Positions 7,432-12,367 of a DNA stretch of 12,367 bases are shown in pieces. The position numbers and the translations under genes are program-made. Below the pieces are notes generated by a model. That model was not told the origin of the DNA and did not search any database. It saw nothing but the letters and a program-made list of their open reading frames with translations. Numbering within the stretch: position 1 is the first letter of the stretch; the number at the start of each line of letters is the position of its first letter. The stretch is from positions 1 through 12,367 of the forward strand of contig JAZKFH010000065.1 in the NCBI GenBank assembly GCA_040386535.1, in the 5' to 3' direction. This stretch comes from Myxococcota bacterium. GTDB taxonomy: Bacteria; Myxococcota_A; UBA796; SXON01.

Positions 7432-8436
7432 CCAGCAGCCAACCCGCCCTCCCGCTTCGAGACGATGCACGTCGTGTACGACGAGGAGGCGCCTCCCGCC
7501 CGTTTGCACGTGTATGACGATGACAGCAAGAGCATCCTCGCCAAGAACGACAGCCCGGACCTGCCGTTCACGTGGTCGCTCAACCCGTACCGGGGGTGCT
7601 CGCACGCGTGCATCTACTGCTACGCGCGCCCGAGCCACGAGTACCTCGGCTGGGGCGCGGGCACTGACTTCGACACCCGGATCGTCGTCAAGCGCAACGC
7701 CGCCGCGCTCCTGGCCGCCACGTTCGATGCACCCAGCTGGCTGGGCGAGCCAATCCTGTTCTCGGGGAACACCGACTGTTACCAGCCGCTCGAATTCCGG
7801 CTGGGCCTCACCCGGGCGTGCCTCGAAGTGTGCCTGCGCTACCACAACCCGGCGAACCTGATCACCAAGTCCAACCTCATCGAGCGCGACGTGGAGCTGC
7901 TGGCCGAGCTGAATCGTGTCGCGGGCGTACACGTCACGGTGTCGATCCCCTACTTCGACCCCGTGCTCGCCCGCGCGATCGAGCCCGGCGCCCCTACCCC
8001 GGCCCGGCGGTTCCGCGCGCTCCGGACGTTGGCGGACGCGGGCATTCCGGTGGGGGTGAACGTGGTGATCCCGGGCGTGAGCGACAAGGAGATCCCGGCG
8101 GTGCTCAAGGCCGCGCGGGCGGCGGGGGCGACGCGCGCGGGGCTGATCATGGTGCGGCTGCCCGGCCCGGTGGCGCCCTACTTCGCGAAGCGCATCCGCG
8201 AGGTGTTGCCGCTGCGCGCCGAGGGCGTGCTGGCGCGCATCCGGCGCGCGCGGGGCGGCAAGCTGAACAACCCGGAGTTCGGGGCGCGGATGCGGGGCGG
8301 GGGCGAGGAGTGGGGCGCCACCGAGCAGCTGTTCCGCCTCTGGTGCGACAAGCTGGGATACGCATCGTGGCCGAGCTGGGAGGGGCCGTCGCCGTTCCGG
8401 CGTCCCGGCCACGGCAGCCAGCTGGCGCTGTTCTGA
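7423..8436 (+). CDS. PA0069/Rv2578c-family radical SAM protein (SplB-like, putative DNA repair), 337 aa
   Basis: NPPSRF N-terminus, NDSPDLPF, NPYRGCSHACIYCYARP (CxxxCxxC), SGNTDCYQP, ITKS, IEPGAPTP and C-terminal QLALF. It is the real coding part of the 5701..8436 ORF. Confidence 0.9.
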   Translation: MFTPAANPPSRFETMHVVYDEEAPPARLHVYDDDSKSILAKNDSPDLPFTWSLNPYRGCSHACIYCYARPSHEYLGWGAGTDFDTRIVVKRNAAALLAATFDAPSWLGEPILFSGNTDCYQPLEFRLGLTRACLEVCLRYHNPANLITKSNLIERDVELLAELNRVAGVHVTVSIPYFDPVLARAIEPGAPTPARRFRALRTLADAGIPVGVNVVIPGVSDKEIPAVLKAARAAGATRAGLIMVRLPGPVAPYFAKRIREVLPLRAEGVLARIRRARGGKLNNPEFGARMRGGGEEWGATEQLFRLWCDKLGYASWPSWEGPSPFRRPGHGSQLALF

Positions 8437-8494
8437 TGGGACCGTGCGGATGGCTCTGTTCGGATGACGCTGTTCTGCTGGCGCCGTTCTGATG
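8421..8494 (+). repeat. Degenerate 14-bp tandem repeat, about 5.3 units, starting in the last codons of the radical SAM gene
   Basis: GCTGGCGCTGTTCT / GATGGGACCGTGCG / GATGGCTCTGTTCG / GATGACGCTGTTCT / GCTGGCGCCGTTCT / GATG. Confidence 0.8.
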
Positions 8495-8536
8495 CCGTGC
8501 ACCGCCCCGAGATCGTGGTCCGCCCGTCCACCCGGT

Positions 8537-8556
8537 TAGGCTCCGCCGCCAAGGAG
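8537..8556 (+). promoter_or_regulatory. Putative -10 (TAGGCT) and Shine-Dalgarno (AAGGAG) for the small protein-AKR-NUDIX operon
   Basis: TAGGCT at 8537-8542; AAGGAG at 8551-8556, 5 nt before ATG 8562. Confidence 0.6.
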
Positions 8557-8561
8557 ATTCC

Positions 8562-8780
8562 ATGTCCGACAAGCCCGCAGAGCTGGCCTCGACCGAGACG
8601 ACCACCGAGACGACGACCGAGGCGGTCGCCGTGCCCCAGACGGTCTCGGCCAACACGCCCAAGGCGCCCCCGGGCGTACTGACCCATGCGTCCGACTTCC
8701 AGGCGCGGCCGGGCTTCCGCAGCCCGCCCAACAACAAGAGCAAGGCCGACAAGAACGCCCCCAAGAAGAAGAAGAAGTAA
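8562..8780 (+). CDS. Small hypothetical protein, 72 aa, with acidic Thr/Glu-rich N-terminus and Lys-rich C-terminus
   Basis: Strong SD, mostly G/C-ending codons, TAA stop 4 nt before the AKR start. The Lys/Asn/Thr-rich composition is unlikely by chance at this GC. Confidence 0.8.
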   Translation: MSDKPAELASTETTTETTTEAVAVPQTVSANTPKAPPGVLTHASDFQARPGFRSPPNNKSKADKNAPKKKKK

Positions 8781-8784
8781 GGCG

Positions 8785-9666
8785 ATGCGCAGGACCATCG
8801 GCAGCTCCGGGCTCTCGGTCGCCTCCATCGGGCTCGGCGGCATGCCGATGTCCATCCAGGGGCGGCCTTCCGAGGCCGACGCCCTGCGCACGATCCACGC
8901 CGCGCTCGACGCGGGCATGGACTTCATCGACACCGCTGACGTTTATTGTTTGGACGACACGGACATCGGCCACAACGAGCGTCTCATCGCCAAGGCGCTC
9001 CGCGAGCGCTGCGGCGATCGTGACCTCGACTCGTGTGGCGTGGTCGTCGCGACGAAGGGCGGGCTCGAGCGCCCCAAGGGCGACTGGACCACCAACGGGC
9101 GGCCCGAGCACCTGCGCCGCGCGTGCGACAAGAGCCTCCAGGCTCTCGGCGTGGCGCGGATCTCGCTCTACCAGCTGCACGCCCCCGATGACGACGTTCC
9201 GTTCGCCGACTCGGTGGGCGCCCTCGCCGAGCTGCGCGCCGCCGGCAAGATCGCGCACGTGGGCCTCTCCAACGTGAGCGTCGCCGAGATCGAGGCGGCC
9301 CGCGCGATCGTGCCGATCGTGAGCGTGCAGAACCGCTGCAACCCGTTCGACCGCACCGCGTGGGCCGACGGCGTGGTGCAGTACTGCACGGCGAACGGCA
9401 TCGCGTTCCTACCCTACAGCCCGGTCGGCGGCGGGCGGGGTAAGGCCAAGGTCGCGACCGACAAGACGCTCGTCGCGGTCGGACAGCGGCACAACGTCTC
9501 GCCGTTCCAGGTCGCGCTCGCGTGGCTGCTGGCGAAGTCGCCGGTGATGATCCCCATCCCCGGCGCCTCCAAGGTGGCGAGCGCGATCGACTCCGCGAAG
9601 GCCATGCGGCTTGACCTGACCCCCGAAGACCTCGCCGAGCTCGACACGGCCTTCCCCACCGCATGA
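8785..9666 (+). CDS. Aldo-keto reductase, 293 aa
   Basis: IGLGGM, FIDTADVY, ATKGG, LYQLH, GKIAHVGLSN, SVQN, PYSP, QVALAWLL and PIPG; Asp-Tyr-Lys-His tetrad present. Start ATG 8785. Confidence 0.93.
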   Translation: MRRTIGSSGLSVASIGLGGMPMSIQGRPSEADALRTIHAALDAGMDFIDTADVYCLDDTDIGHNERLIAKALRERCGDRDLDSCGVVVATKGGLERPKGDWTTNGRPEHLRRACDKSLQALGVARISLYQLHAPDDDVPFADSVGALAELRAAGKIAHVGLSNVSVAEIEAARAIVPIVSVQNRCNPFDRTAWADGVVQYCTANGIAFLPYSPVGGGRGKAKVATDKTLVAVGQRHNVSPFQVALAWLLAKSPVMIPIPGASKVASAIDSAKAMRLDLTPEDLAELDTAFPTA

Positions 9667-9673
9667 TCACCGG

Positions 9674-10090
9674 ATGACCGAGCGCCGCACGTTCTCGGTG
9701 GCGATCTTCGCGCGTCACGCCGGCCGGGTGCTGCTGATCCGCCACAAGCGGCTCGGCACGTGGCTCCCCGTGGGCGGCGAGCTCGAGCCGGGCGAGACCC
9801 CGCTCGAGGCCGCCCGCCGCGAGCTCTTCGAAGAGACCGGCTTCGTCGGCACGTTCGCGCCCACCGCGGGAGCGGTCGACGGCACGCCCCCGGGCCTCAT
9901 CGGCTACGAGGAGCACGCCGCGGGGTCCAAGGGCCTGCACCTGAACTTCGTGTTCGTGGCCGACGTGCCCTCCCGGGACGTGCGCGGCAACGACGAGTTC
10001 GACGATCACCGCTGGGTCGCCGACACCGCGGGGATGGACACGCCCACGAACGTCACGCAGCTCGTGCGGATCGCGCTCGGAGCGCCGTAG
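9674..10090 (+). CDS. NUDIX hydrolase, 138 aa
   Basis: Nudix box GGELEPGETPLEAARRELFEETG; 7-nt gap after the AKR gene. Confidence 0.92.
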   Translation: MTERRTFSVAIFARHAGRVLLIRHKRLGTWLPVGGELEPGETPLEAARRELFEETGFVGTFAPTAGAVDGTPPGLIGYEEHAAGSKGLHLNFVFVADVPSRDVRGNDEFDDHRWVADTAGMDTPTNVTQLVRIALGAP

Positions 10091-10516
10091 GGCGTCGGGA
10101 TCACCGGTGCGTTCGAGCGCGGGGCGCCCCGGCGCTGGCGCGCCGTCGGCACCTTCCAGGCTCGGCGCGAGCGCCTCGGTCCTCGCTCCGCTCGGGACCG
10201 GCCGCTGCCGCGGCCGCCTTCCAGGCGCCTGGCGCGGGGATGGTGGGGTGCGCGGGGGGCCTTCGTGAGCACGGGCGCGGTCGCGACGCGGACGGCGTGC
10301 AGCGGGCCGCCACGCGGTCACCGAGGGGCGATCATCCCGGACGATCGCCGATTTTGGCCGCCGTTCCGGCGCCCATGAGGCGAGGTGGCGGATCGAGTGG
10401 GCCACGCGGCCAAGGTCCAGGGACCTCCGCCGAGAGGGGGTGCCTGGATGGCCGCCGCGTCCGCCCTCGTTGATCAGGCGCCACAAGCCTGAAACCGATC
10501 CCCGCGCCGGGCGCCC

Positions 10517-10912
10517 CTACGCGACGCCGACCGCGGATGCCCCCATCAACCCAGACAGCCCTTCGTCGCCCGCCCCCTCCGTCGTGCCGACATCGACACG
10601 TGAAGTCGAGCCCGACCCTGACGTCGCCGCCCTCGAAGCGTCCACGTCGCCCTCCGTCGACGGCCGCACCGACGCCGCGGCCTCCGCGACCGCCGCGAGG
10701 ATCTGCCGCGCCGAGGGCAAGAACACCTGCCCCGCGAGCGTGGGCCGCATCCCGCGGGCGCCGCGGTCGAACAGCGCCACGCCCAGCTCGTCCTCGAGCG
10801 CCCGCACCTTGCGGGTGAGCGGCGGCTGGCTGATGCGGAGCCGGCGGGCGGCGCGCACGAGGGTGCCCTCCTCCGCGATGGTGACGACGGCCTGAAGCTG
10901 GTCGAGGCTCAT
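10517..10912 (-). CDS. LysR-family HTH protein lacking the effector-binding domain, 131 aa
   Basis: MSLDQLQAVVTIAEEGTLVRAARRLRISQPPLTRKVRALEDELGVALFDR...TLAG is a LysR wHTH plus linker helix, followed by a low-complexity tail. TACCTT lies 6 nt before ATG 10912. Confidence 0.85.
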   Translation of the reverse strand: MSLDQLQAVVTIAEEGTLVRAARRLRISQPPLTRKVRALEDELGVALFDRGARGMRPTLAGQVFLPSARQILAAVAEAAASVRPSTEGDVDASRAATSGSGSTSRVDVGTTEGAGDEGLSGLMGASAVGVA

Positions 10913-10961
10913 GCGGGCAAGGTAGCACCGGGCGCGGCAAGGCGGAACGGCCCTCCGGTGT

Positions 10962-10982
10962 CCCATACCGAGACGGTATGGG
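10962..10982. promoter_or_regulatory. LysR-type operator palindrome (ATAC-N7-GTAT)
   Basis: CCCATACC-GAGAC-GGTATGGG is a perfect 8-bp inverted repeat containing T-N11-A, between the divergent lysR and map genes. Confidence 0.75.
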
Positions 10983-11043
10983 CGTACGGCCTTTGCGAGC
11001 GGCATGTTCGCCCCGAGGATTCGATCATGCCGACCCACACCCC

Positions 11044-11784
11044 ATGTTGAACCGCGACGAGCAACGCCAGATGCGACGCGCCGGCGCCGCCGCGGCGGGC
11101 ACCCTCGCGCTCGTCGGCCGATCCCTGCGCGTGGGGATGTCGACCGCGGACATCGAGCGGATCGTGCGCGACGACACCGCCCGCCGCGGCGGCACGCCCA
11201 GCCAGCTCGGCTTCCATGGCTTTCCCGCGGCCGTGTGCACCAGCCGCAACCACGTCGTGTGCCACGGCATCCCCTCGCCCACGGAGCTGTTGGAGGACGG
11301 TGACATCGTGAACGTCGATGTCACCACGCGCCTCGGCGGCGTGCACGGCGACACCTCGGCCACGTTCTTCGTCGGCACCCCCTCGCCCGAGGCCCGCCAC
11401 CTGGTCGAGACCGCCCGCCGCTGCCGCGACGCGGGCATCGCCGTGGTGCGGCCCGGCGCCCGCCTCGGCGACGTCGGCCACGCCGTCCAGTCCCTCGCGC
11501 GCGCCGAAGGCTGCTCGGTCGTGACCCTCTACGGCGGCCACGGCATCGGCCGCGAGATGCACGAGCCGCCCTTCGTGGCCCACACCGGCCGCGGCGGCGA
11601 CGGCCCCACGCTCCGCCCCGGCATGGCGTTCACCGTCGAGCCGATGATCAACCTCGGCGGCCCCGAGGTCGACACCCTCCCCGACGGTTGGACCGTCGTG
11701 ACGCGCGACCGCCGCCTCTCCGCGCAGTTCGAGCACACCGTGCTCGTGACCGAGGATGGGCACGCGATCCTGACGCTGGGGTGA
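11044..11784 (+). CDS. map: Type I methionine aminopeptidase, about 246 aa (start uncertain)
   Basis: GFPAAVCTSRNHVVCHGIP, NVDV, HGDTS, GHGIG..MHE, TVEPMIN and SAQFEHT; the five metal ligands D, D, H, E, E are present. Confidence 0.95.
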   Translation: MLNRDEQRQMRRAGAAAAGTLALVGRSLRVGMSTADIERIVRDDTARRGGTPSQLGFHGFPAAVCTSRNHVVCHGIPSPTELLEDGDIVNVDVTTRLGGVHGDTSATFFVGTPSPEARHLVETARRCRDAGIAVVRPGARLGDVGHAVQSLARAEGCSVVTLYGGHGIGREMHEPPFVAHTGRGGDGPTLRPGMAFTVEPMINLGGPEVDTLPDGWTVVTRDRRLSAQFEHTVLVTEDGHAILTLG

Positions 11785-12041
11785 TGCGCGGCCGCCGGGA
11801 CCCGCACCGCTCGCCGCGCCCGCCTCCGGCCCCAAACGGGGCAGCAGCCGTTCACCGAGCGCGCGCGCCCCCCGGGCGGACCCGGGGCGGGTCGGCTCCG
11901 GGCGCGCGGCGAAGCCGCTTGGTCGTCCGGGCACGGCGGCATCGGCGCGGCGGGGGGCTCTCCCGTGTGCCCGGCCGGACCAGCCGCCCGAGGCGGCTGC
12001 CCTCCGCGCCCCTGGCGCAGGTCGCGAGGCGGCCGTGGCGC

Positions 12042-12367
12042 GGGTCGCGACCGTGGCCATGGCGCCGAGGTGCGCCGTGGCGCGGCCCTGACGGCGTGGG
12101 GGTGCTCCGCTTCGGTCGGTGGGGTGGCGGGGTCGCCTCCGTGGCCGCCGCAGGGTGGCCACGCGGAGGGGGACCGTTCGCCTGTGCAAGCTCACGCTCG
12201 CCTGGTTTCTGGACATCCAGCGCGGGCAAACGTCCCCATCCCCACCGACTTGGGCCCGACGCACGTCCTCACGGTCACGACGCAGCCCATCCCACGGGAG
12301 GCGGTACCTGCTCGCCAGGGGTCGCCTCCGTGGCCGCTGGGCGGCCACCGAGGCGGTACCTGCTCGC
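12042..12367. repeat. Cluster of REP-like palindromic repeats
   Basis: GGGGTCGCCTCCGTGGCCGC at 12129-12148 and 12318-12337, with a degenerate copy at 12042-12058. GAGGCGGTACCTGCTCGC at 12298-12315 and 12350-12367. Confidence 0.7.

Noticed and set aside
10091..10516. Gene or LysR effector-domain remnant between NUDIX and lysR
   Set aside because: No recognisable motifs in the listed frames; only a short CCTTCCAGGC duplicate and GC-rich palindromes.
10978..11043. map start at ATG 10978
   Set aside because: That ATG lies inside the LysR operator palindrome, and the added residues do not resemble Map.
10909..12348. 479-aa minus-strand ORF and 11852..12229 ORF
   Set aside because: Antisense to map and running through repeats, with no protein-like features.

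Overview
Very GC-rich bacterial window, probably Myxococcota or a related deltaproteobacterial lineage (inferred from GC, very short lipoprotein signals and a myxobacterial-type LexA-like site). Eleven genes are supportable: a CapA/PgsA-like metallophosphatase lipoprotein, an HExxH lipoprotein, a PRMT-like methyltransferase, tldD, tldE/pmbA, a PA0069/Rv2578c-type radical SAM protein, a 72-aa small protein, an aldo-keto reductase, a NUDIX hydrolase, an HTH-only LysR and a type I methionine aminopeptidase. The standout is 3004..4236(-), which carries all hallmark motifs of eukaryotic type I protein arginine methyltransferases fused to a PqqD/RRE-like N-terminal domain. It sits head-to-head with tldDE and upstream of a zincin-like lipoprotein, suggesting a peptide arginine-methylation (RiPP-like) system; no convincing precursor is visible. 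Other signals: apparently leaderless genes, an SOS-box-like site and clamp-binding tail on the radical SAM gene, a 14-bp tandem array copied from that gene's last codons, a LysR operator and short uORF before map, and palindromic repeats at both window ends. All calls come from manual reading, with no database searches.
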